DNA from: Candidatus Hodarchaeota archaeon
Lineage (GTDB): Archaea > Asgardarchaeota > Heimdallarchaeia > Hodarchaeales > Hodarchaeaceae
Length of the DNA: 43,872 nucleotides
Assembly (NCBI GenBank): GCA_016839815.1
Contig: JAEOTM010000102.1
Location: forward strand, 1 to 43,872
Direction of reading: 5' to 3'
Positions within the stretch are counted from its first letter, which is position 1. The number at the start of each line of letters is the position of its first letter. Below are positions 29,258 through 39,086 of this stretch, in pieces. The translations under genes were made by a program, and so were the position numbers. The notes under the pieces are model-generated. The model made no database searches. It saw only the letters and a program-made list of their open reading frames with translations, and was not told the DNA's origin.

Positions 29258-30342
29258 CGTACGGCGATAATGGTAGCTAGAGTGCCTAACAGAGATATTA
29301 AGGTAAAGCTAGGAGTTGAAGATGCGCTTTCTTCTTCAGCGATAGACCACAAGCTGAAATGTGTGGTATTGCAGTACAAAGTATCACCTTCCAACCATTG
29401 ATTCATGGGTGCTTCCCATTCATCGGAAGTTTCATTGAAAAACATGAATTTTAGTTTCTCCATGTTCTTTACGCCCATTTGGTTTCGAGTTTGATTAGTA
29501 AATTGGTAAGAAAAGGTGGCGTTTATCCCTGCGGAACAATTGAGCTCAACTTGCATCGTTTGGGTTCGAATTTGGTGCCTATGTCGATTCATTGCTCGTG
29601 GAGAATCTTCATATTCAGTAACGGTTACTTGTGCACTTTTATTGAGCTGTAACTGTATGGAAAATCCGCTTTGGGTCTGGACTTTGTATAGATGTCCTGC
29701 TTGGAGTTCAAATTTTGTACCATTTTTAGAAGCATAAGGACTATCTGGGTTTGGTTTATCTATTGGTGGGGCTTCTTCAACACTTGGTGCAAGGATCACC
29801 CATGTGGAAAAGTGAGTTGTATTGCATAAGACTGCAGCTCCATCAGGACGATGTTCCACCCAATTTTCATAGGCGTATTGCCATTCAAAGGATTCTTCAT
29901 TGTAATATGCCCATCGGAAAGTGGAGACATTGCCTAAACCACTTATTTCAACATTGGTAAAGTTATGGAACATTGTAGCATTCATTGCAGTAGTGCCATT
30001 TAGCTCCACATTCATGAATTTAATAACGTTTCTCGTTTTATTAGGAAGAGGCCCTTCTGGATTATTATTTGATTCATTCACTCTAAGATAAACATTTTCT
30101 TGAGTTCTTAGTTGGATCTGAGTTCCATTTCGGGTTCTTAATTGAGTACGATTTCCTGCAGTTATATTTACTCTGACACCATTCTCAACATTCATCCAAC
30201 CATCAGCATGGGGATTAGTATCAGCAACTGCTCTTTTAATCTGATACTTACTAGCAGCGATGCTTGGACTTACTGAACTGAGAAGAAGCATCCCGAGTAG
30301 AATTATTAAGGGAATACTTAGGATTTTTTTCATTTTTATCAC
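29245..30342 (-). CDS. Cell-surface protein with two tandem domains ending CNTTHFSxW and a PGF-CTERM-like anchor
   Basis: Signal peptide; duplicated ~150-aa unit (YYNEESFEW...CNTTHFSTW / FFNETSDEW...CNTTHFSLW); tail STPSFTLISLLGTLATIIAVRKRR. Confidence 0.75.
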   Translation of the reverse strand: MIKMKKILSIPLIILLGMLLLSSVSPSIAASKYQIKRAVADTNPHADGWMNVENGVRVNITAGNRTQLRTRNGTQIQLRTQENVYLRVNESNNNPEGPLPNKTRNVIKFMNVELNGTTAMNATMFHNFTNVEISGLGNVSTFRWAYYNEESFEWQYAYENWVEHRPDGAAVLCNTTHFSTWVILAPSVEEAPPIDKPNPDSPYASKNGTKFELQAGHLYKVQTQSGFSIQLQLNKSAQVTVTEYEDSPRAMNRHRHQIRTQTMQVELNCSAGINATFSYQFTNQTRNQMGVKNMEKLKFMFFNETSDEWEAPMNQWLEGDTLYCNTTHFSLWSIAEEESASSTPSFTLISLLGTLATIIAVRKRR

Positions 30343-30522
30343 AACGATTTTTCTGAACTTAACTCATAATCTTTTGATTAAGTCATGAAACCCTTATTCT
30401 TAATGGTATTAATTATTTGAGGAACACTTTTTTGGAGTTTTCATTATGCTACGTCAGTTGTATACAAACGTGTCATATTTATGTCTCAATATCCGATAAA
30501 CAAATACGAAATATTTAACATA

Positions 30523-32025
30523 TCAGTTTGATTGACTACGTCTTTCAAGGGCTGATTTGAGAATAGAAATTTTTTGAGTTTCTAGGAGGTATCTATTCCC
30601 ATTTGAATGAATTAATTTGATTTGCTCCAATTTCTTTAAATGATACCTTACAGATTCTTTCGATTGGCCAAGATAGTCCGCTAGAGCACCAATCTCCCAT
30701 GAATGAACTCTCGAAAATGCTTGTGCAATCCGATATCCACCACTTGATATAATAGAGAAATACAATTCTAAGAAGCCTGGTTCTGGTATTCGTCTAATAA
30801 GGTAGTAAATTTCATACTGGCCGAATACTTGTCGATCTATTAAACGAAAATCTTCGAGAACTTGCAGATGCCATCTAAGACTTGAAGTTCCAATGTTTAA
30901 TTCTCTTTTCAGCTCTCGAAAATGTAAGAATTCCTTTTCATCTAGTACATTCAATATTTGATTTCGATATTCGTTTTCTAGCACATCATATGAATCTATA
31001 CGTCTAACAATTGGGGGATAGAGAATTTGACCAATAAGAAATAACGGTGTAAGAAGGTATGCGAGAATGGTTTTATCTTTTGGTATTTCGAGATTGGATC
31101 TGGGTGTCATAATCGCTTTGGAAACAAAATAACCAAATGCCACAAGTAAGAGAGATATGCTAGTAAAGGTTATTCCTAATTCTAGATCTTCATTAGTAAA
31201 AAGAAATAAGATTTTATCCTGTGGTGAAGATGTATCTTCCGTTGAAAGATTTTGATTGGACTCTATGATCTCCAAGCCAGAGGATGTGATTGATGACACA
31301 AACTGTGCCAAGTTTGTCAAGGATGGAGAGATTTGAATGGGTGACAATGGTAAAGCAAATATGAAACCAGATTTATATTCAAATGCGTTAAAACTAGTAT
31401 TCCCAAAGGGGGGATTAATACTGGAAGCTACTTGAAATGATGGATTGGTTGTTTCTGCTATTCCTACTCCTGCTTCTAGTGAAAAAGATGTATTTTCAGA
31501 ATAACTGAAGGGATTGGTTAATAAAGTTTCATTAATAATTGAGACATCTATTGTATCTGATATATTTCCCATAGGATATTCTTTCTGTCCCTGCATGGTA
31601 ATATCTAAACCCAATAATTCATGGAACGATGAATTGAATCTCCAAATTTGTGTGGAAATAATCCCGAATAGGTTTCCCTGACTCACAAAATTCTCCAATT
31701 CAGAGATATGGGTAACATCTAATGGCATTGAAATCTGGTTTAGAATGAGTATAATGGAGTCGTATGTTTCAGTGTAATTTCCTGTGAGAAATAACTGATT
31801 TAAATCTTCATTAGTCTTTATATCAACAATTACCGCGTTAAGATCCATTGTTTGATTAACTGTTGAGGCCAGCTCATAATCTGCATTGTTATTGGTAATA
31901 AAAAGAATTTTTGGTTCACTATTCTTAATAGAGGGGTTCGATCGCACATTAGTGACAGAATATAGCGCTAGTATGAGAAAACACGTAAGAAATATGTTAA
32001 AAATAATTTTATTATGTTTTTTCAA
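30523..32025 (-). CDS. Membrane-anchored transcriptional regulator (extracellular domain, TM, double winged HTH)
   Basis: N-terminal signal/TM, second TM at about aa 285-305, then VLENEYRNQIL...LHFRELKRELNIGTSSLRWHLQVLE and LADYLGQSKESVRYHLKKLE. Confidence 0.82.
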   Translation of the reverse strand: MKKHNKIIFNIFLTCFLILALYSVTNVRSNPSIKNSEPKILFITNNNADYELASTVNQTMDLNAVIVDIKTNEDLNQLFLTGNYTETYDSIILILNQISMPLDVTHISELENFVSQGNLFGIISTQIWRFNSSFHELLGLDITMQGQKEYPMGNISDTIDVSIINETLLTNPFSYSENTSFSLEAGVGIAETTNPSFQVASSINPPFGNTSFNAFEYKSGFIFALPLSPIQISPSLTNLAQFVSSITSSGLEIIESNQNLSTEDTSSPQDKILFLFTNEDLELGITFTSISLLLVAFGYFVSKAIMTPRSNLEIPKDKTILAYLLTPLFLIGQILYPPIVRRIDSYDVLENEYRNQILNVLDEKEFLHFRELKRELNIGTSSLRWHLQVLEDFRLIDRQVFGQYEIYYLIRRIPEPGFLELYFSIISSGGYRIAQAFSRVHSWEIGALADYLGQSKESVRYHLKKLEQIKLIHSNGNRYLLETQKISILKSALERRSQSN

Positions 32026-32254
32026 TTGTTTTCTCCTACTTATGCTCTTCTATTCTTAAGAAATGAGACCTGACTACCATTATCTACTGATCTTCTGATT
32101 ATATTCAAATAAATACTTTTTAGGTACGCTTTTTTGGATTCTGTTACACATCACTTGAGTTTGAATTTAACCTAATATTTAGCTATTTACACTGATATAA
32201 TAATTCAATTATATGAAAAAGATATGTAAAGAGCGTGAAACTCACTAATATTAA

Positions 32255-32631
32255 TTAAAATTCCTGGTTTAATTGTGAAATGAATTTAGAATCATTATTA
32301 ATAACGATGATTTCACAGATCTTATCCTTTTCTATTCTTACATACTCTGTCCAGCAAACCTTGAAGAATCTTCCATCTACCATAATAGAATAAGAAACAA
32401 TTGAATCCCACCATTTACTTTCTTTATGATTTTAACACTTTCTAATCCTTCAGAATAAAACCAACATACATCTACAAATTCTTTTGCATTGGAGAATGAT
32501 TCTTGAGGACTACTAAAAGTAAAATGATCATTAGAAAGATATTGAACTACATTTTTCTTATCCTGTCTCGCCCAACTCTCATAGTATTTTCTTGCAATAG
32601 ATTTTGGGGTTTTCATTTTCATCCACAGCAT
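32255..32631 (-). pseudogene. SnoaL-like protein pseudogene
   Basis: KSIARKYYESW..QD...FTFSSP is followed by an in-frame TAG (32377), then MEDSSRFAG, then a frameshift into EYVRIEKDKICEIIVINN...QEF* (ends 32255). Confidence 0.7.
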
Positions 32632-32644
32632 TTATTGACAAATT

Positions 32645-33382
32645 CTACACTCTTTCTTCCCAATTTATTGAGCGTGGGTTATATCGTGGTTTAATTATGA
32701 TTTCGGCTGTATTTACAGAATCAGACTCGGTAACTAGAAACCCAACAGCATGTGCGATATCTTCAGGTTCTAATGACCATTCCACATAGTCCACCTCTTT
32801 CCCTCCAAATCCAGTAACTACACTACCAGGGCATACAGCTGTCACTTTTATTCCAAATTCTTTGATATCCTCTCTTAACGACCATGTGAATCCTTGCACG
32901 GCATGTTTTGAGGCGGAATACAATGATCCACTCTTGAACCCATTTTTACCTGCAATACTACTGACATTAATAATATGGCCTGATTGTTGAGCAATGAGAT
33001 GAGGAACAATGTACTTAGTGAGTAGAAAAAGTCCTTTTACATTTAAATCAAATATAAAATTGTAATCATCAATTGTAAACTCATCAATTCGCTTGAATTT
33101 TCCAACTCCAGCATTATTCACTAGAATATCAATATGCCCATACTGAGCTAGTGTCTTATCAACTAGAGTCCGGATTTCGGTTTCTTTTGTTAAGTCTATT
33201 GATAATATATGAATTTCCCCTGTTCCTAAGCCAGATATTTCTTCTTTAACTTTTTCTAGTAATGATAAATCACGTGATACAAGCATCAAATTCATATTCA
33301 GAGCTGCTAATTTGTGACTGATCGCTCTTCCAATTCCCTTTGAAGCACCTGTAATAATTGCTACTTTATTATTAGATTTCAT
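32645..33382 (-). CDS. Short-chain dehydrogenase/reductase
   Basis: TGASKGIG, NNAG, SS, YSASK, CPG; ATG at 33382 preceded by AGGTGA (the track starts at 33436). Confidence 0.95.
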   Translation of the reverse strand: MKSNNKVAIITGASKGIGRAISHKLAALNMNLMLVSRDLSLLEKVKEEISGLGTGEIHILSIDLTKETEIRTLVDKTLAQYGHIDILVNNAGVGKFKRIDEFTIDDYNFIFDLNVKGLFLLTKYIVPHLIAQQSGHIINVSSIAGKNGFKSGSLYSASKHAVQGFTWSLREDIKEFGIKVTAVCPGSVVTGFGGKEVDYVEWSLEPEDIAHAVGFLVTESDSVNTAEIIIKPRYNPRSINWEERV

Positions 33383-33489
33383 ACTATCACCTAAAATGAT
33401 TGAAGTAAATTGATAATGAGAGGGAGAAATTGCCATTCAAAATAACTTTCTCTCAGAATCTCGTTTTCTTTACTTTCGTAATAGTCTCT

Positions 33490-36400
33490 CTAAGGGAAAA
33501 TTTGGTTGTTAGGCAGCAAATCCGTAAGATTCGACCTAGTGAAAGGAGCTATAGTGTCCAGTTCCTTTGTCAAGAAGAATAGTAATCGGTACGTTAACAT
33601 TTGCCCTGGAAGAATCTGTTCGGAATTTGTGATCAAATCTAACATAATAATCTTAAGATTCGGAGCATAAGGATACGCAAATTCATTTTTATTTAGTGTT
33701 GGAATGACCGCAGCGATGTAATAATCATTCTCTTCCCTTTTGTACGCACTCCATTTTGGTTGTGGATCTCTTTCAAGCCAAACAGTACTTTCCCAATCCT
33801 GTAGCTTATATTTGAGAAATTTCTGTGGGGCCTTTTCGTCCTCCAGATAGTACATATCTTGACTAGATTTAGAGGTTTCCATCTTTCCCTCGATTTGAAG
33901 GGAAAATTTGCGAATTATTTGAGAATGGTTATACACATGGGTCTGTACAAGTAAAAATGGAGAGTTTGGGAGTGTTACATATTCTGTGGCAATTTGTAAA
34001 CCTTTGAGCTTGGGTGAATAATCAATAATATCAGATTTAAAACCAATCCCTTTCCATTTACCAGCGGAGGGATGATAGGATTCATATGAGAGCTTATTGA
34101 AGTTTTCTATATCTCTCTCACCTTCGGGTTGAAGAATAGGTCCGATACCTCCATAAAACTGGTTATACCAAAGAAAAGGCCCTATTTGAGGGTATGGTGT
34201 TATACCATAATGAAGAAGATTATTTGTATTCTCATTGATTGAGAGATGATATACACTTCCACGATATTTTTCACTTCCTTTGAATGTTAAAAATCCATTA
34301 TTAATAATAAAGGCATTTTCCTTTTCGTTTTTCTCAACTGAAATGTTACCTGCTGAATTATACATTCCTAATGTTATAGGATACTCAAAAATTCGGGTCA
34401 AAGAATCAAAAGACAGTTTCCCTTTTAATAACAGTTCTCCTTTGAGAAAATCAAGAGTGAAGGGATACTCAAAAGTATGTTTTTTTACTTCTGGCAGATT
34501 TGTTTTAATCTTCCTGTCTATAGAGTCAAACTCTAGTGCAAGTGATCCTTTAAAGGTTGTTTCTCGATGAGTATCGATGGCTATCTCTAAGCTTTTGTTT
34601 TTATGATCCACAAATAGGCCATGTGCAATTGTTTTTCCTTCGAATGAATTTCTTAAACCGATTTGCTTAAGCGAAGCAGCAGTTTTTGAATATTCAACCT
34701 CATTTCTTGGAGATGGAGCATATTTATCCTTCCATTCTTTCCTTATTGCCTGCCAGCTGTCTGCAAATGTCAAGAAGATAGGTTCAGTTTGAACCTGTTC
34801 TCCACTAGCCAAATCAGATATTTTAATATCAATATTAGGCTGTGCTCGTCCAATTGTGATCTTATCGATAGAATCAAGTTTAAATAAAATTCCAAATGCA
34901 CCTGTACTATATTCAGCAGCTTGCCATCCTTCTTGAAAAAGAGTGGGATCATTTCCTAAGTCAACAGGAAACGCTGTTAAATCTAATTGCCTTATACCGG
35001 ATTTTAATGGAAGTATTCGGTTCTGAAGCTGTATAGTAGATGGCCACCAATATGTGTGATTGACCACTCCAAGTTTGTTATACTTCTTTTCAGAACTATT
35101 CTTTACTTCCCATTGCACAGAAAGAGAATTACTATCATCAGAGAGGAATATTTTGCGAGTTACTTCGATTCCAGGTTTCAAATCAGACTTTGCAGTACTC
35201 GAAAGACAAATTCCTGCCTCATTATCTAGAATTTGATGCTCGTGATGCTTTGTGTAAAACTCGGTTCCTTCTACATCGAATGGATATCCGAGTACAATAG
35301 GTAATCCGAATACTTGTAATTTTCTAAGCTTATCGGTCACGAAAACCTCATTACTTCCTGGATGTGGTTGTTCGTATATTGAGATACGAAGATTTTTGTT
35401 TTCTATATAGATCTGCTGATTTGATTTGTAAGAAAGAGATTTACTCTCGTTAAATATAATTACAGGGATTTTTTCTTCTGTAAGGAGCTTTCCATCCATT
35501 GTGTTAACGGTAACTTCAATATAATCAACTGAGCTTGGTGTGGTACTGGTTTTCGCATTGAATTCTACTTGAGAATCGTATTTACTTAAAATAACTTCTT
35601 TTTTATGCTCTGAAAATGCAATTCTCTGACTATCTTTTACTTCAAGTATAACTACAGATTCTTCTCCAACATTATTTTGTAGAGATAAAGGAATGGAAAA
35701 AGTAGAATCTGGACGTACTACAAAATTAACAGGATCAGAATCCACTTTCACAGCTTTACCGGGAATTTTCCCAACTGTTAGTGGAATAATCCTGTTTTCA
35801 GTAGTGATATTAAAGATAATTCCATGATCGGTAAGTGTATGTGTATGAACCTTGGTATCGAGCTCATCTGTATCTGCAAGAAAAACTCCTTGGATTTCAA
35901 ATGTTTTTGACTGATTTTTCGATAAAGTGATCGAATTCCTCTTCTTTGGATCAAGTACCTGAATTTTAGATGAATGATCAATCTCAAAATTCATTATTAG
36001 ATCAGTTTTCGATTTATTCGTGACAAGTAAGCTTGAAGTAAACTCTTCTGATCCAATAAATGCTTTAGAATCTCTAGTTAATCCCCTAATCAAGAGATCT
36101 TTATTCTGAGCCTTTATATGAAATCCAGCAATCTTTCCGATAGCTCTATCCACCCAGACAGTTAGGCTTTGATTCTCATCTTCAAAGCAATATTCGTAAA
36201 TTTGCATCTGTTCTAATAGCAGATCATTTGGTTCTTGATCAATAATAGGAGAGAATGCCTCATACCACGACTTAGAAAGAGTAGAGAAAAATTCTTGGAA
36301 ATAAGGAAACTTAAGTATTTGTGGAAGATAACTCTCCATAAAAACCGAGGTATTTGGTCTCCACTTGTAACCTTGCCGCTTATATAAGGGCATAGCTTTT

Positions 36401-36822
36401 AAATTTCCACCCCACGTATGTAATGATATCATATTAGCATTAAGCTCGGATACATAGGATGTAGCCTGCAAAAGAAGAGCTTTTCCAAATTTCTGTCCTT
36501 GGTACGCTGGATCAACCCCAAGTAGCTGTACATAATATGAATTAGGACTATTCCATGACTTTCCGATAAAACAAACTCCAACTATTCTGTCTGGATCATC
36601 AGGAGCTATTACTACAAAGTGTCCATCCAGATTTTGCTCTTTCATGCCTTTTTCTATAAATTCTCCTGTAAAGACACGAGTCCCTCCAAAACCGCCAGGC
36701 CAGCTTTCGGGATCTTTGAATGAATTATAACATCGTGCAAGTCGATCGAAATCATCTCTTGTACGTGTTAATGGCCGAATATACTCTGAGTTCTCACTAG
36801 AGATTGAAGTTTCATATTGCAT
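33490..36822 (-). CDS. Large (1110 aa) protein with N-terminal GNAT domain and beta-rich C-terminal region
   Basis: LLGVDPAYQGQKFGKALL and TWGGNLKAMPLYKRQGY; the remaining ~950 aa are beta-sandwich-like and unassigned. Confidence 0.78.
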   Translation of the reverse strand: MQYETSISSENSEYIRPLTRTRDDFDRLARCYNSFKDPESWPGGFGGTRVFTGEFIEKGMKEQNLDGHFVVIAPDDPDRIVGVCFIGKSWNSPNSYYVQLLGVDPAYQGQKFGKALLLQATSYVSELNANMISLHTWGGNLKAMPLYKRQGYKWRPNTSVFMESYLPQILKFPYFQEFFSTLSKSWYEAFSPIIDQEPNDLLLEQMQIYEYCFEDENQSLTVWVDRAIGKIAGFHIKAQNKDLLIRGLTRDSKAFIGSEEFTSSLLVTNKSKTDLIMNFEIDHSSKIQVLDPKKRNSITLSKNQSKTFEIQGVFLADTDELDTKVHTHTLTDHGIIFNITTENRIIPLTVGKIPGKAVKVDSDPVNFVVRPDSTFSIPLSLQNNVGEESVVILEVKDSQRIAFSEHKKEVILSKYDSQVEFNAKTSTTPSSVDYIEVTVNTMDGKLLTEEKIPVIIFNESKSLSYKSNQQIYIENKNLRISIYEQPHPGSNEVFVTDKLRKLQVFGLPIVLGYPFDVEGTEFYTKHHEHQILDNEAGICLSSTAKSDLKPGIEVTRKIFLSDDSNSLSVQWEVKNSSEKKYNKLGVVNHTYWWPSTIQLQNRILPLKSGIRQLDLTAFPVDLGNDPTLFQEGWQAAEYSTGAFGILFKLDSIDKITIGRAQPNIDIKISDLASGEQVQTEPIFLTFADSWQAIRKEWKDKYAPSPRNEVEYSKTAASLKQIGLRNSFEGKTIAHGLFVDHKNKSLEIAIDTHRETTFKGSLALEFDSIDRKIKTNLPEVKKHTFEYPFTLDFLKGELLLKGKLSFDSLTRIFEYPITLGMYNSAGNISVEKNEKENAFIINNGFLTFKGSEKYRGSVYHLSINENTNNLLHYGITPYPQIGPFLWYNQFYGGIGPILQPEGERDIENFNKLSYESYHPSAGKWKGIGFKSDIIDYSPKLKGLQIATEYVTLPNSPFLLVQTHVYNHSQIIRKFSLQIEGKMETSKSSQDMYYLEDEKAPQKFLKYKLQDWESTVWLERDPQPKWSAYKREENDYYIAAVIPTLNKNEFAYPYAPNLKIIMLDLITNSEQILPGQMLTYRLLFFLTKELDTIAPFTRSNLTDLLPNNQIFP

Positions 36823-36997
36823 TTTTTCTACCCTATAATGATGGAGTTGAATGTAAAATCAGGAGAATCTTCTGACTATCCCTTTACCACAAAAATCATG
36901 GTACACCTAACTTGTAACCTGAATTACCGTTACTTTATATTCAAAATGGTGTTGGCAAAGATAGCAGCGAAAGCTTTGTTTCCCTCTGATGAGAAGA

Positions 36998-37762
36998 TTA
37001 CTTTTTTTCGTAATAAGTATAAGTATACCAGTCATCTAATCCGAGCTTTCTGTAGAGTTGTCTTGCAGGTGTGTTTGTTCGTTCTACCTGAAGAAATATG
37101 AAATTTGCTTTACTTCTTCGTCCCCATCTAATGGTATGTTCCATTAAGCTTGTTGCTATACCTTTATTACGATGATCAGCTTCTACTGCTAAATTCATGA
37201 CCCCCATGTATCCACCATCGATGATTGCCAATACTACACCAATTATTTCTGAATCAAATTGTGAATAGAAGAATCCTTTTTGCGGAATAGTTACTCGGTC
37301 AATTATCTCACCAATAATTTTCATCTTATATGAGGATCGGTTAGGACTAAGACGAGTTAAGGCAGAGGTCCATTTGGGGTCACGATGATCAAAAAAATGA
37401 AAAGTATAGTCATTATCACTGTTTTTCAGATTGAAATCGTCAAGTTTTTTGCCCATAACATGTGTTGGCATAACTGGTTGATAGGATAAATCAGTAAGCG
37501 CAGGAAGTAATTCTGGTGGACTATGATGATCATGAAGCATAAATTTTGAAGAAGTGCTGAAGTTTCTATATATCTCTTCCACTTTAGTTATATCTCCTTG
37601 TAGATTCTTCCCCCAATAATTTAAAGGAAGAACAGAGTTTGCTCTCCAAGTTACTCCTTTACAAAAACGTAGAATCCATCCATTTAACAAATACGAAAAT
37701 TCAGTAGGCCAAATATTATTTGCTCTTTCCTGAACAGTTCTAATATTTTCTTGGTCAAGCAT
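36998..37762 (-). CDS. GNAT family N-acetyltransferase
   Basis: GWILRF..GVTWRANSV N-terminal motif; LAVEADHRNKGIAT; LQVERTNTPARQLYRKLG. Confidence 0.92.
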   Translation of the reverse strand: MLDQENIRTVQERANNIWPTEFSYLLNGWILRFCKGVTWRANSVLPLNYWGKNLQGDITKVEEIYRNFSTSSKFMLHDHHSPPELLPALTDLSYQPVMPTHVMGKKLDDFNLKNSDNDYTFHFFDHRDPKWTSALTRLSPNRSSYKMKIIGEIIDRVTIPQKGFFYSQFDSEIIGVVLAIIDGGYMGVMNLAVEADHRNKGIATSLMEHTIRWGRRSKANFIFLQVERTNTPARQLYRKLGLDDWYTYTYYEKK

Positions 37763-37905
37763 TCTTACTATCTCAGATATTTTCTAAATAAGGATAGATG
37801 AAGCTGCAGGTGATCTTGATATAAAATTTCTCATTCTGACAATTGAATAGATTCATATATCCTCAAAATGGTAAATTCACCATAAGAATAATTGAGAGAT
37901 ATTAG

Positions 37906-39051
37906 ATGACTGAAGGTGCTAAAAATAATACTGGTACACCCCGAGAACTCGGTGAAGAGCTAAAAAAGATTATCTTAGAAAAAAAAATCTTAAAAACAAT
38001 TAAACCATACTTTGAAAAAGTAGGTAACTTTGATCCTGCATCTGGGGTGACATTGAACGAATATAAGAATTATCTTCATGATCACGGTTATAACGCGTTA
38101 AGAGACCAATTTATTCTTGATGTGAAAGCTAAAATTGACAAGAGAACGGGAGAATTAGATAAAATGAGCCGTAGAAAGGCTCAAAGTAAGAAAGAGCAAG
38201 AACAGCAAGAAGCAGATGCGTACCTAAAAGCAAGATTAGAAATATACGAAGATTCAGGTCAAGTACCAGTAGACGTTGAGGTAGGAGATGGAGGGATTGA
38301 ACAGCTAAAACAAATCTTACTCATCCCTTCATGGGGAAAACTCCTTGGTACGGGTCCCTTTAATGGCTTCTATCTGAATCAACCTGTTTACGAAATAATC
38401 CATGATAATGTCATTTTTCTCCCTGATTTTGCAGTAACTGGTTTTGAAGAAACCAAAGGAGAACCTTTTATCTTTCTAAGTGGTGTGGGTGTTTACTATG
38501 TACAATTTCGACTAAGTCCAGGAGAGGTTATTACAGATTATCGGGAACTCAGTGGAATTGTACTCCCAATGGATATGTATGATAAAGCACAAACAGCAGA
38601 ATCACTGGTAAGTTCGAAAGATTTACTGATGACTGAATTGATGACAACAATCCCGTTTGCGTTATTTCAGGCAGAACAAACAAAGCAAATGTACCTTCGA
38701 GGAGTAGTGGCTCGAAATATTTTCCATCCATACCGTGAAGCATTTACTCAATTAGTCAAAGTATGTATGAATCCCGACTCTCTCTCGGAAGAACAAGGAT
38801 TAAAGGTACTTTCTGGAGGATTAAACGCAGAGATTCCTATGTACACGAATGAAATTCTCACAGAGATCCCCCAACCAGTTGAATACTCCCGATTAACTGC
38901 TGGGTTAAAAAATATTCAGCCTAAGCTAGAGAAAATAGTTACCGATCTTCAGATTGATGGATTAAAGAAACCTATCTTTGAGAAGATCGTTCTTATAAAG
39001 AAGGAATTTGCAGAGGTTGGTTATCCAAAGCTACTTGATTGGATGCCCTGA
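37906..39051 (+). CDS. Hypothetical soluble protein with N-terminal coiled coil
   Basis: 381-aa ORF with normal composition; no motif recognised. Confidence 0.7.
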   Translation: MTEGAKNNTGTPRELGEELKKIILEKKILKTIKPYFEKVGNFDPASGVTLNEYKNYLHDHGYNALRDQFILDVKAKIDKRTGELDKMSRRKAQSKKEQEQQEADAYLKARLEIYEDSGQVPVDVEVGDGGIEQLKQILLIPSWGKLLGTGPFNGFYLNQPVYEIIHDNVIFLPDFAVTGFEETKGEPFIFLSGVGVYYVQFRLSPGEVITDYRELSGIVLPMDMYDKAQTAESLVSSKDLLMTELMTTIPFALFQAEQTKQMYLRGVVARNIFHPYREAFTQLVKVCMNPDSLSEEQGLKVLSGGLNAEIPMYTNEILTEIPQPVEYSRLTAGLKNIQPKLEKIVTDLQIDGLKKPIFEKIVLIKKEFAEVGYPKLLDWMP

Positions 39052-39086
39052 AGCACTTATCTACACTCGAAATGATCCAGGTATAA

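Noticed and set aside
32377-32379. In-frame TAG as possible pyrrolysine readthrough
   Set aside because: A frameshift follows 9 codons later, so gene decay is the simpler explanation; several intact genes in the window end in TAG
36964-36995. CGAAAG...CTGATGAG resembling a hammerhead ribozyme core
   Set aside because: Only about 13 nt separate GAAA and CUGAUGA, too short for stems III and I, and stem II does not pair
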